Source of the DNA: an uncultured cyanobacterium
GTDB lineage: Bacteria; Cyanobacteriota; Cyanobacteriia; CAKZMO01
Reading direction: 5' to 3'
Assembly: GCA_963719515.1 (NCBI GenBank)
Contig: CAVRCJ010000006.1
Location: 435,866-499,865, forward strand
Length of the DNA: 64,000 bases
The notes below the pieces were generated by a model. The model made no database searches. It was not told the DNA's origin and was given only the letters and a program-made list of their open reading frames with translations. Shown here piece by piece: positions 20,301 through 29,804 of this stretch (position 1 is the stretch's first letter; each line of letters starts with the position of its first letter). A program made the translations under genes and the position numbers.

Positions 20301-21161
20301 CTCTATCGCTGGCTGATTGCGCCCGTGAACGACGCATTGGTGTCCCAGGGCATCGACACTGTTGGCGTTGTCACGGATGCCGGGCTGCGATCGCTGCCCT
20401 TTGCGGCCCTCCACGACGGCACCGGCTTTTTGGTTGAGCGCTACGCCCTCACCCTGGTCCCCAGCGCCAGCTTGACCTACCTAGAGTATGAAAATCTTCA
20501 GCAGACGGGGGTTTTGCTGGGAGGGGCGAGTCAGTTCGCTAACCAGTCGCCTCTGCCGTTTGTGCCCGTCGAACTCGATCGCATTCAGGCCCTTTGGGGG
20601 GGCGATCGCTTCCAGGGGGATGAGTTTACCCGCAAAGCTCTCGCGGACCAGGTGCAGCAAGACTACAGCATTATTCATCTGGCCACCCACGGGGAGTTTC
20701 AGCCCGGCAGCACTGAAAACTCATACATTCAGTTCTCCGATGGTCGGCTGCAGGTTGACGAACTCAAGGCCCTCGACTGGCAGCCTGACGATATCCGGTT
20801 GGTGACCCTCAGCGCCTGCCAAACGGCCCTTGGTAACCGCGAAGCCGAGCTGGGATTCGCCGGGCTGGCCGTGGCCGCTGGAGCCCAGTCCGCTCTAGCC
20901 AGTTTGTGGAGCGTCAGCGATGCGGCTACCACAGGCTTAATGATAGAGTTCTATGAAAACCTACAATCTATCTCAACTAAGGCCCAAGCGCTGAGGGCGG
21001 CACAGTTGGCTCTAATTGAGGGTAGTCTACCGATAGATGAGTTGCTTTTGGAACAAGGCAGCTCAGCTTTGGACGTTTCAGAAGCTTTTTCCTCCGGAAG
21101 TCAGTCTTTTGAACACCCCTTCTACTGGTCTGCCTTCACCCTAGTCGGTAGTCCTTGGTAA
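14304..21161 (+). pseudogene. Filamentous haemagglutinin N-terminal (TPS) domain + beta-helix + CHAT (caspase-like) protease; about 2284 aa if repaired, split by three +1 frameshifts (real or assembly error)
   Basis: NLFHSFEQF and split NLFL/xNPAGVIFG TPS motif; WLIDP; GGAGxD repeats; CHAT dyad IIHLATHGEF / LSACQTA and HPFYWSAF; frame changes at ~14650, ~18920, ~20100. Confidence 0.85.
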
Positions 21162-21223
21162 TTAAAGCTGCTATTTGTAGGTAGAGTTGATAGACTATCC
21201 CGCCGACAGTGTTTATTTAAACT

Positions 21224-21547
21224 ATGGCCAATAGAACCGTTTCCTTTCGGCTCCCCGAGACCCTAATTCGCGCGATTGAAGCAGAGGCAGAGCGCACGGG
21301 CCGTAGTAAAACTGAGGTGGTGATCGAAGCCCTGACGCATCAAGATAGCCCCCTCGATGCCCTGCCCGCTATTACCAAGCCCAGAAGCCAGCTAGAGCGT
21401 CAAATCGACACCATCCGCTCTCAGGTTGAAGACATCCACGGCACGTCCAATATCCACGTTGAGCAGCAGCTGGCCATTCTCATTAAAGCTGTTGAGGACG
21501 TTGCGTTGCGGGTTCAATCTATTGAATCACGGCTCAACTCGCCATAG
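21224..21547 (+). CDS. Ribbon-helix-helix (CopG-like) DNA-binding protein with coiled-coil tail
   Basis: TVSFRLPETLIRAIEAEAERTGRSKTEVVIEAL. Confidence 0.8.
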   Translation: MANRTVSFRLPETLIRAIEAEAERTGRSKTEVVIEALTHQDSPLDALPAITKPRSQLERQIDTIRSQVEDIHGTSNIHVEQQLAILIKAVEDVALRVQSIESRLNSP

Positions 21548-21647
21548 CGTAGCGCTAGGCAGAAAGCCAAAGACACAGGCGATAGGGCACAAGCAGTGGA
21601 TACAGGCGCAATAGGTATAGACGCAAACTACACCAGCGCAGTCCACT

Positions 21648-23531
21648 TCAGTCCCTTGCAGTTGCTGAAAGATAGTGCTGAAACCGCGATCGCAGGTCGG
21701 TAGCGTTCCCGGTCCAGTACTCCACTAGGGCTTGTCCAACCGCCCAGGCATTAGTCTGAGGTACACCGCTCATGTCGACCATTAGGGGCCAGAGGGTCAT
21801 AAGTTCAAACCGCTGCTCGTCTTGACTCAGCAAAGAAAACAAATCGTAGGCCATTTGCAGCTTCCCCAGCACTAGGGGCAGTTGCTCTACGGGAATTTGC
21901 TGGGCTAGCACCTGAGCTAGGGTCGGCGATCCGGTGGACAGGGTGGCGAGGTAGCTAAGGATGGGGCTTTTGAGCAGGGCAGTGATGCCTTGGGTGGTGG
22001 TCATGCGATCGCTGTAGCGCTGAATAATCTCTGCCGCTGCCGCTGCCCGCGACTGGCGACTGCGCAGCGCCCGGGCCAGCCGCAGCCGCTTGGCCGGACT
22101 GGCGACGTTCAGCAGCACCTCGGAAAGGGCGTCAAGGTTCCACGGATCTCGCTCTACTCCCTGCGTCACCAAGGGAACAACCCGCTGGCACCGAGGCAGC
22201 TGCTCCTCTCGGTAGGCTACCGCCGCTCGAATGGACTGCTCTTTGGGGCGATCGCCGCCTTGCCAGTCGTAGGGGGGCGACCACTCTCGCACGGGCCGCA
22301 GCCGGTCGACCTGCGTCACAAGCGCGATGACGGGGAGGTCAGCGATGGAGGCGGCCTCGGACGGGTCCAGCAGGGCGTCGTCTAGCATCTCTGCGAGCCG
22401 GTCAGCGTCCATCTGAAGGGCCGGATCGGTAGCGGGGGTGACGAGCAGCACAATGTCAGCGTCCCCCAGCCCAAAAGCGTCCTCGCGATCGACCTGTTCG
22501 TACCCCGGTGTATCCCACAGCTTCACGCTTTCTCCCGCGTCGGTTTGCCACCGATAGCTGCGAATCTCTTCGGTGTTAGGAAGTAAATCGACCTCGGCGC
22601 GCTCTACCCGGAATAGACTATTGATGACGCTGCTCTTGCCTGCTCCTGTGCGCCCAACGATCCAAATATTTAGCGGAGCCCGCTCCACCTGGTCAAGCGG
22701 CTTTGCCTCAGAGAGAATCTCCTGCAGCGTCGCTGACTTCTGCTTGAGGGCCGGAGGCGGTACCGCTTCTACGAGAGGCATCTCGGCCCCACCTTCACGT
22801 CCGCCGTACAGGTTTGCGGCCTGTTGGGCCAAGTTACGCAGCGCCACTTCCCGCAGCATCTGGCCCATATTTCCCAGCAGCTCCTGGTTGGCCCGCTCAC
22901 TGTAGGGCTGGCTCGTCTGCCGGACCACGGCCGCTGCTGGATTGGTAACCCACTGCACCCAGCCCCACAGGCGGCGGAGCTGGCGGGCACTGGGTTCGAG
23001 CTTTTGATAGATGCGATAGCCCTGGTAGCCCTGACCCACGGTAACCCGCCCTAAGACGGGAGAGAGCTGCTGCATCCAGCGGTCAACGTCGTCAACAGTG
23101 CCTCGAATCAGCCCGTAGGCTTGAGGGATATATATGTTGAGTAGGGGGTACTTGGCAGTTGGGTGGTAGATTTGGGCGATCGCCACTACAAGCTCCTGGC
23201 ACCGTTGCCAAAAGCGCTCCCAATCTTCCCACAGCGGCAGGTCGGCTTGGGCGGCCGCCAACACCTCTGTAAGCACATCCTGAATAGCTTGGGCTTCATC
23301 GGCGACTGGTGCCGTAATCTCGTTGGCCAAAGATGTTGTGGGTACCACCTTGGGCCGGGTCCACAACACCAAAAGCCATCGCCAGGCCACCAGTCCCAAA
23401 ATAATAATGGCCCATATCCAGCTGATACCCCAGCGCTGAATTTGCCAGCCGGCGGCAAACAGCACAAATCCTACAACCAAGGCGATAGGCGCGATGAGCC
23501 CTGCCCATTGCCAGCGCGTTAGTTTTACCAT
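21648..23531 (-). CDS. Membrane-anchored GTPase family protein (Era/YfjP-like)
   Basis: Two N-terminal TM helices; G1 GRTGAGKSS, G3 DTPG, G4-like TQVD. Confidence 0.85.
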   Translation of the reverse strand: MVKLTRWQWAGLIAPIALVVGFVLFAAGWQIQRWGISWIWAIIILGLVAWRWLLVLWTRPKVVPTTSLANEITAPVADEAQAIQDVLTEVLAAAQADLPLWEDWERFWQRCQELVVAIAQIYHPTAKYPLLNIYIPQAYGLIRGTVDDVDRWMQQLSPVLGRVTVGQGYQGYRIYQKLEPSARQLRRLWGWVQWVTNPAAAVVRQTSQPYSERANQELLGNMGQMLREVALRNLAQQAANLYGGREGGAEMPLVEAVPPPALKQKSATLQEILSEAKPLDQVERAPLNIWIVGRTGAGKSSVINSLFRVERAEVDLLPNTEEIRSYRWQTDAGESVKLWDTPGYEQVDREDAFGLGDADIVLLVTPATDPALQMDADRLAEMLDDALLDPSEAASIADLPVIALVTQVDRLRPVREWSPPYDWQGGDRPKEQSIRAAVAYREEQLPRCQRVVPLVTQGVERDPWNLDALSEVLLNVASPAKRLRLARALRSRQSRAAAAAEIIQRYSDRMTTTQGITALLKSPILSYLATLSTGSPTLAQVLAQQIPVEQLPLVLGKLQMAYDLFSLLSQDEQRFELMTLWPLMVDMSGVPQTNAWAVGQALVEYWTGNATDLRSRFQHYLSATARD

Positions 23532-23598
23532 GACGCTACCGTGATCCTCTGCGGAGATCTCTGGGGACAGTTTAGCGCCTTGGTAACAATGCCGTCTG

Positions 23599-24246
23599 TT
23601 ACATCAAGTCCTCCTCCAAAATTAAGCTGGGCAGTAGAGCTGAATGCGGGGTAACCGAACAGACGACAGAATTCCAAAAGCCAGGCAGACCGCCCACTAG
23701 CCTCAAATAGGGATCGCCGTAGCCCTCGTCCTGGAGCAGCCGAAACAGCGCATTGACCGAGAACGCTTTTGGTGCCAAACCGCAAGGGCCTGTGGATGGC
23801 CCCATTCCCAGGCTCTTTTGTAAGACCGTGACAAAGCTAGCTTGGTACGGGGCCACAATAATGAGCCGACCCTGGCGCTTGAGCTGCAGCCTGAGCTGAT
23901 CTAACAGCGTCTGCGTTAGGGCAAACTGTGGGTCAACAAGGAGAACGATGGCGTCAAATTCCGCCTGTTCAGCGGCCGGCAGCGACTGGACCTGAACGAG
24001 GGTCTCGCGGGTTTTGTATGTAAATCGACAGCTGAGCGGTTTGAAGAGGCGGTCGGCAATCAGTCCGGGAATCAAATCACTGTCTTGACCAAGGCACAAG
24101 ACCTTAGGTCGAGCGCCGCTGGTTAAATGCTCAATTGGGCCAATTAGCGCCTGAAGAGCGGTAATTAAGGACGTGTTGAATAAGAAGCTAGGCTGCTGAG
24201 TACGGGGTTTGGTTCGAGCTGAAACTGGTGTGAGCTGGCTGATCAT
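23599..24246 (-). CDS. Hypothetical protein with a degenerate class I methyltransferase-like fold
   Basis: EFDAIVLL and LKRQGRLII resemble MTase motifs II/III; glycine loop degenerate (VLCLGQDSD). Confidence 0.45.
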   Translation of the reverse strand: MISQLTPVSARTKPRTQQPSFLFNTSLITALQALIGPIEHLTSGARPKVLCLGQDSDLIPGLIADRLFKPLSCRFTYKTRETLVQVQSLPAAEQAEFDAIVLLVDPQFALTQTLLDQLRLQLKRQGRLIIVAPYQASFVTVLQKSLGMGPSTGPCGLAPKAFSVNALFRLLQDEGYGDPYLRLVGGLPGFWNSVVCSVTPHSALLPSLILEEDLM

Positions 24247-24539
24247 GTTGTCGTCCTTTAAAACTTTGGAAACTGAGAAGATTAACGGCAGGAGAGCTGC
24301 ATTGACTGACGCTCAGCGGGGCGTAGCGCCATGCAAAAGCCCGCCCAACTGATAAACCTAGCTGGTACTGAAAGTCAGTAAGACCAAGGAGACAGGCTTG
24401 GCGTGCGGTCTGAGAAATTTATCTTTAGAGATAAGTTAATAGTATTCGAGGCTGAGAAGGCTTGGCCTAAGTTGTTCCTTCCCTAAATGATTTCTTTAAG
24501 GAAAACGTACCAACAATGAAGATCTACGGCGGCAAAATG

Positions 24540-25256
24540 CTAAAGCAGGAACTTTCCTAGTCCAATTCCTATCGCCGTCAGCGTCAGATTGTCGATATCT
24601 TTAAACGGCAGCGCTTCTACTAACGTTGCCGCTAAGGCGATCGCCCCCACCTTGAGCGCCGACTCCCCCGTCAGCGGAAACGCAAAGTACCCCAGGGCGT
24701 CAAACCACCCCAGCATTGCCAGGCTAAAGGTGAAGCTACCCAAGAACATTGCCCCAGAGCCCACCCAGCTTTTTTGAGGGCTGAACGGCAGCTTATGTTT
24801 GCCCCACCGCCGTCCTACAATGTCGGCCAGACCGTCCCCGCCACACAAAATCATCAGCGCCAAAATTCCCACCGGAGAAGACCGCCAAAACGCTAGGGTA
24901 CAGACCACAAAAGAAAGCCCGTAGTACAGCGGCCCCCGCAAAATCTCTCGCGGCTCGCCGTGGCGGGTCATGGCGGCAACAGCGGCCTTGTCCTCTACCC
25001 AGCCAAACCCTACTGCTGCAAACTGCAGGGCGATCGCCAGGGGAATCAAAGCGGCCCACCAGCGAGCGGCGGCGGTTTCGGCGAACAGCGGCCAGCACAA
25101 GATAAACAGCGGCCCGGTGCCGGTGTGGATGATCTTGCGGCTGAGGGTTTGGGGCACTAGGCCTCGGTGGGCCAGGGTGTCCATGACGCGCAGCCATCCC
25201 ACCGCTAGCCCCAACACAACGAGAGTTACTAGGCCATTGCGCAACTCGCTATTCAC
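24540..25256 (-). CDS. Phytol/polyprenol kinase family (cytidylyltransferase-like) membrane protein
   Basis: SRKIIH, GPLYYG, GDGLADIVGRRWG, KSWVGS, DNLT motifs. Confidence 0.88.
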   Translation of the reverse strand: MNSELRNGLVTLVVLGLAVGWLRVMDTLAHRGLVPQTLSRKIIHTGTGPLFILCWPLFAETAAARWWAALIPLAIALQFAAVGFGWVEDKAAVAAMTRHGEPREILRGPLYYGLSFVVCTLAFWRSSPVGILALMILCGGDGLADIVGRRWGKHKLPFSPQKSWVGSGAMFLGSFTFSLAMLGWFDALGYFAFPLTGESALKVGAIALAATLVEALPFKDIDNLTLTAIGIGLGKFLL

Positions 25257-25261
25257 TGGGG

Positions 25262-28153
25262 CTACTCGCTGGCTGCGCCATCACCAGGCGCATCAGTCCC
25301 GCCCGCTGAGGACTGCAGCCGCTCTAGCCGCTGTCTCAGCTCCTGCTGGTAGCGACCATATTCCGCCCAGTCGCCGGCCCGTAGGGCATTCTGAGCGTTT
25401 TCGTAGGCCTCGATAGCGGCCTGAACGTCACTTACCGAGGGCGTAGCTACTGAGGGCGTAACGCCTGTCTCGGGGCGGGGTGCGGCAGCCGTCGCTGGTT
25501 CTGCAGGGGCTGTGGTGGGAGGCGCGGGCTGGGGCGCTCCAGTATCAGGGCTAGACCCGTCAGCACCGGCCAGGACGCCCTCCCCGAAGATGGTCTGCAG
25601 CGCCTCTTCTAAGGACGGCTCCATCACCGTCTGGTTGCCGTAGGCCACAATCACCCGCCGCAGCTCCGGCAGTTCGCCCTGCTCAGCCCGCAGATAAATC
25701 GGCTCGACGTACAGCAGCGATTGATCGATGGGAATAACCAACAGATCGCCGCGAATTACCCGTGAGCCTTCCTGGCTCCACAGAGTTAGCTGCTGAGAGA
25801 TCTCGGGGTTCTGGTCGATGCGGGCCTCGATTTGGCTGGGGCCATAGATCAGCTCCTGCTTAGGAAACTCGTACAGCAGCACATTGCCGTACTGGTCGCC
25901 GTCCGAGCGGGCCGCCATCCAGGCAATCATGTTGTCCTTATTGACGGGGGTGAACGGCAGAATCAAAATAAACTCGTCCTCCTCTGATTCCGGCAGGCGC
26001 ATGTTGACGTAGTAAGGCTGCATCACCTGCTGACCTTCCCCGTCTTGCTCCAGCGGAAAGCGCCACAGGTCTTCCCTGTTGTAAAATTCCTCCGAGTCGA
26101 CCATGTGGTAGGACAAGTACATCTGGGCCTGAATCTTGAACAGGTCCACCGGGTAGCGGAAGTGGGCTCGAATATCAGGGGGAATGTCGCCCGACTCGAA
26201 CAGGGTCGGAAAGATATTTTGGTAGGTGGCCAGCACCGGGTCGGTGGCGTCCACAACTAAAAACCGCATGGTGCCGTCATAGGCGTCGATCACTACTTTC
26301 ACCGAGTTGCGCAGGTAGTTGACCCCACCGCGAAGAATCTGCTGCACGTTGCCCTCGCGGAAGACCGCTCCCGCCTCAGCGCTCTGGCGCACGGGCTGGG
26401 CGTAGGGAAAGCGATCGCTCACGGTGTAGGCGTCCAGAATCCACTGTAGTCGCCCATCAATGAGCGTGATGTACGGATCGTCGTCGAAGCGCAGGAAGGG
26501 GGCCACCTGCTTCACCCGCTCTAAAATTGGGCGGTGATAGTGGATGCGGGAGTCGGGGGTGAAGTAGTTAGAGATCAAGATCTTGATGCTGCCCAAATCG
26601 TAGGCGTAGGCCAACTTGTGCAGCAGCGAGGGCATGGGCACCCCGCCGGCCCCGTCGTAGTTAGTGAGGGCATTTTTGTCGGCGCGGGGGTAGTCAAACT
26701 CCTGGGTGGTGGTGCCGGTAAACACATAGGTGTCCGTTGCCTCGCCGTAGTAGATACCGGGCTGGGTGACCTCGCGGTCGATGGTGGAGACAGGGGGGAT
26801 GTCTTGAATGTAGAACTCCGGTAGGCCGTTGTCCGTCACCCGGTTCACCGGGCTCATGGCCACGCCGTAGCCGTGGGTATATTTGAGCCGCTGATTAACC
26901 CAGGTTTGAGCGGCGGCGGGCACTTCGCTGTAGTCCAGCTCTCGGGGCGCGATCATCACCTGCTGGTCGTTGCCGTTTAGGGTGTAGCGATCGACGTCGA
27001 CATCCGGAAAGCTGTAGTAGGGCCGAATTTCCTGCAGCTGCCGGTAGGTGCTCAGCAGCGGGCGGTAGTCCCACAGACGAATATTTTTGATGGTGGCCGA
27101 GTTGCGATCGATGTCGGCGGCGCTCAGGTTTGCCTCTGCCGGATAGTCCCGACTTTCAATGGGGGTCAGTCCGTAGGCGGCGCGGGTGAATTCGATGTTG
27201 TGCTTGATATAGGGCGTTTCCTTTACCAGCTCGTTGGGCTCGACGATGAACGATTGCTGAAACCAGGGGTAGAGGCCGCCCACTACAACCAGCACACCGA
27301 CGTAAACCGCAGTACCCACGATGGGAAGCATGACCGTCTGCTGCCACAGGGATAGCAGCAGCAGGCCCGCCAGCACCAGGGTGGCCGCCGCCATGATCCA
27401 GTAAGACTGCAGCCGCGCGTTCACATCCGTAAATCCGGGGCCGAACACCACGCCCTCCGAGGAATAGAGCAGGTCGTAGCGCTCTAGCCAAAAGCCAAAG
27501 GCGGAGAGTAGCGCAATGCCCATCAGCAATAGTCCGAGGTGAGCTCTTGCCCCCCCAACCACCACGTTGCGCCAGCCGCGGCCGGGGGTGATTTCTCCCT
27601 TGAAGCCATACACTAACGTCGCCGCCAGCAATCCCCACACCAGCAGGCTCAAGAGCCAGTCTCGCGCGAGCTGGAGCACCGGGAGCCGAAAGACGTAGAA
27701 GCCGACGTCCTGGCCGTAAATCGGGTCGGTGAGGTCGAACGACGTGGCGTTGAAAAACTTGAGCAGCGTCTCCCACTCGCCCACGGTTGAGCCCACAGAG
27801 ATGAGGGCGATCGCCACCGCTAACGCTAGCGCAATCAGCCCTGGCAAAGACTGGGGAATAGTCTGCCAGCGCCCCCCTTCAACCAAAACCCGAAAGATGC
27901 GGTGGCGGGTCAGCCGCATTGCTAACCAGTAGTTGCCCAGGATAAACAATCCATAGACCAGCGCCGTGACGATGCCGATGCCCCACTGCCAGGCCAGCCG
28001 AGTTTGAAATACGGGGCTAAAGCCTACAGCGTCAAACCACCAGTATTCTGTGACGAGGTGGACTAGGCCACCCAACATCGAGAGCAGGGCGATCGCAGCG
28101 AACAGCAGCAGGGGGAGCAGACGAGTCGAGGACGATTTCAGCTGGGGGGTCAT
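25262..28153 (-). CDS. UPF0182 family membrane protein
   Basis: TEYWWF, DVGFYVFRLP, NIRLWD, YTHGYG, NYLRNSVK, LLYVEPIY motifs. Confidence 0.92.
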   Translation of the reverse strand: MTPQLKSSSTRLLPLLLFAAIALLSMLGGLVHLVTEYWWFDAVGFSPVFQTRLAWQWGIGIVTALVYGLFILGNYWLAMRLTRHRIFRVLVEGGRWQTIPQSLPGLIALALAVAIALISVGSTVGEWETLLKFFNATSFDLTDPIYGQDVGFYVFRLPVLQLARDWLLSLLVWGLLAATLVYGFKGEITPGRGWRNVVVGGARAHLGLLLMGIALLSAFGFWLERYDLLYSSEGVVFGPGFTDVNARLQSYWIMAAATLVLAGLLLLSLWQQTVMLPIVGTAVYVGVLVVVGGLYPWFQQSFIVEPNELVKETPYIKHNIEFTRAAYGLTPIESRDYPAEANLSAADIDRNSATIKNIRLWDYRPLLSTYRQLQEIRPYYSFPDVDVDRYTLNGNDQQVMIAPRELDYSEVPAAAQTWVNQRLKYTHGYGVAMSPVNRVTDNGLPEFYIQDIPPVSTIDREVTQPGIYYGEATDTYVFTGTTTQEFDYPRADKNALTNYDGAGGVPMPSLLHKLAYAYDLGSIKILISNYFTPDSRIHYHRPILERVKQVAPFLRFDDDPYITLIDGRLQWILDAYTVSDRFPYAQPVRQSAEAGAVFREGNVQQILRGGVNYLRNSVKVVIDAYDGTMRFLVVDATDPVLATYQNIFPTLFESGDIPPDIRAHFRYPVDLFKIQAQMYLSYHMVDSEEFYNREDLWRFPLEQDGEGQQVMQPYYVNMRLPESEEDEFILILPFTPVNKDNMIAWMAARSDGDQYGNVLLYEFPKQELIYGPSQIEARIDQNPEISQQLTLWSQEGSRVIRGDLLVIPIDQSLLYVEPIYLRAEQGELPELRRVIVAYGNQTVMEPSLEEALQTIFGEGVLAGADGSSPDTGAPQPAPPTTAPAEPATAAAPRPETGVTPSVATPSVSDVQAAIEAYENAQNALRAGDWAEYGRYQQELRQRLERLQSSAGGTDAPGDGAASE

Positions 28154-28564
28154 AGCGCTCGTGACGAGTTTTTGGGGCTGGATTGGGGTACGCCATACTT
28201 TGGGGCACTGGGATTTAGCGCCTTAGAGCTTGGCGGCCTAAATTTCGGGATACCGCTCCACGCTTGTGGGTTCTCCGAACTTCACTCAGATTAAAAAGCG
28301 CGGTAGGGTTGTACCTATAGCGATAACGGCAGATGCCAATCGATACAGTCTGTCCGTTTAGTGCTAGATACGGTCTGACCATGTCACTCCGGCGCAGCAG
28401 ATGTGGAGATGACGCTGCGATTTCATTTTCAGTTGACGGCCTGGGTGGTTCGCTCTAAGGAGTTTCACTTCGTTGTCTATTCTGAACCTTCATTCAGTGT
28501 ATCGTGCCACGTCAATCGACTTTCAGAACCGCTCACTTTCACTTAGCAAGAGGTAAATTTCTCA

Positions 28565-28807
28565 ATGACGACCCCTACCGTAGACCCCATCACCAATAAT
28601 CAAAATGAGCTGCATGCCGCGATCGCCACGGCTCGTGATGCCTGCCAGACCAACGCTGATTCCCCTGAGTGCGCTGTCGCTTGGGACACTGTGGAAGAGC
28701 TTCAGGCTGAGCTTGCTCATCGGCGTCAGGCTAGGCCTAAGAGCAGTCTAGACACCTACTGCGACGAGAACCCCAGCGCGCTGGAGTGCCGCGTCTACGA
28801 CGATTAG
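28565..28807 (+). CDS. cp12: Calvin cycle protein CP12 (both cysteine pairs)
   Basis: AWDTVEEL core; N-terminal C-x8-C and C-terminal YCDENPSALECRVYDD. Confidence 0.95.
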   Translation: MTTPTVDPITNNQNELHAAIATARDACQTNADSPECAVAWDTVEELQAELAHRRQARPKSSLDTYCDENPSALECRVYDD

Positions 28808-28922
28808 AAAAGGGCGCTAACGCGCCGCTTTCTAGACATAAGGTCCCCCTGTAGAGGGGGAGCCTCTCTTTGGGCCTCAGGCCTAACCATCGGTTTTCTT
28901 TTGCTGAGCTGGGCTACAAGCC

Positions 28923-29519
28923 TCAATAGCACTGCGCGAGCTGGTCGTAAAAATCGTATTCTCCTACCCAAACGAGGGCGAGCAGCCGCAGCCCTTGCTC
29001 TGAAACAAATATTGTGGCGTCTTCAACGCAGTAGTCAGACTCACTTCCTCCCGCGGCCATGATCAAATCGCTAATCCACGCGCTGCAAGGCTCTGCAATA
29101 TGAGAATTTTGCAGTAGATAGCACACCCGGGCTTGGTCCCCCCAGCTTAGACGTAGCTTTAGCTGACTGTAGATGCAGATGCCGGTGCGCTCTTCGACAC
29201 CGCCAAGCATTTCCTGCAGGTACCAGGCGGCTTGCCCTTCACTGAGCTGGTCGAGGCGATGTGCGATGCGCGATAGGAGGCGTTCAGTAAAGTCAACGCC
29301 CAGGCAGCGATGCACCGCCTCGACAGCACTCTGGGGCTTACTGCTGCTGAGCGTCTCGACGTAGGGACGGGCGCCCGGAAACTGCTGCTTTAGGAGGGCG
29401 TATCCGCGCTCGCTTAGCTGTAAACTATCGCTATTGCCCCCAACCGAAACGTCTAGCCCAGGAACGGCTCCAGCCCTGACTAAGGTTACGAATAGGGTAG
29501 CAGCACTAGGATTTTTCAT
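28923..29519 (-). CDS. Hypothetical protein
   Basis: 198-aa ATG ORF filling the gap between cp12 and ftsH; no motif recognised. Confidence 0.6.
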   Translation of the reverse strand: MKNPSAATLFVTLVRAGAVPGLDVSVGGNSDSLQLSERGYALLKQQFPGARPYVETLSSSKPQSAVEAVHRCLGVDFTERLLSRIAHRLDQLSEGQAAWYLQEMLGGVEERTGICIYSQLKLRLSWGDQARVCYLLQNSHIAEPCSAWISDLIMAAGGSESDYCVEDATIFVSEQGLRLLALVWVGEYDFYDQLAQCY

Positions 29520-29670
29520 AGCATAGGCTCTTCAGAGGCATCGTCATTCTTGTTAAAAGTTAACATCCTCGTTTTCCTAGCGCGTCACTACAAGGTAAGA
29601 GATGTGATGAGAGATGGGGCTATGGCAACGCCGCTGCGCCACGCGAATTTGCGCCATTTCTGCTAATCGG

Positions 29671-29688
29671 GTTAAATTTAGTTAAGAT
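29671..29688 (+). promoter_or_regulatory. Possible HLR1-like (RpaB) imperfect direct repeat upstream of ftsH2
   Basis: GTTAAATT-TA-GTTAAGAT resembles the 8-2-8 HLR1 arrangement; imperfect match. Confidence 0.3.
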
Positions 29689-29804
29689 TTTCTAAGGTAG
29701 ACGTATTGACTCCGTGAGGTGGCGATCGCGAGCTTACAGCCGCAGTGAGCCAGATTCTTCGCAGGGGAGGCCGTCCGCCGTCGCACTAAGAGGCTGTTAC
29801 AACA

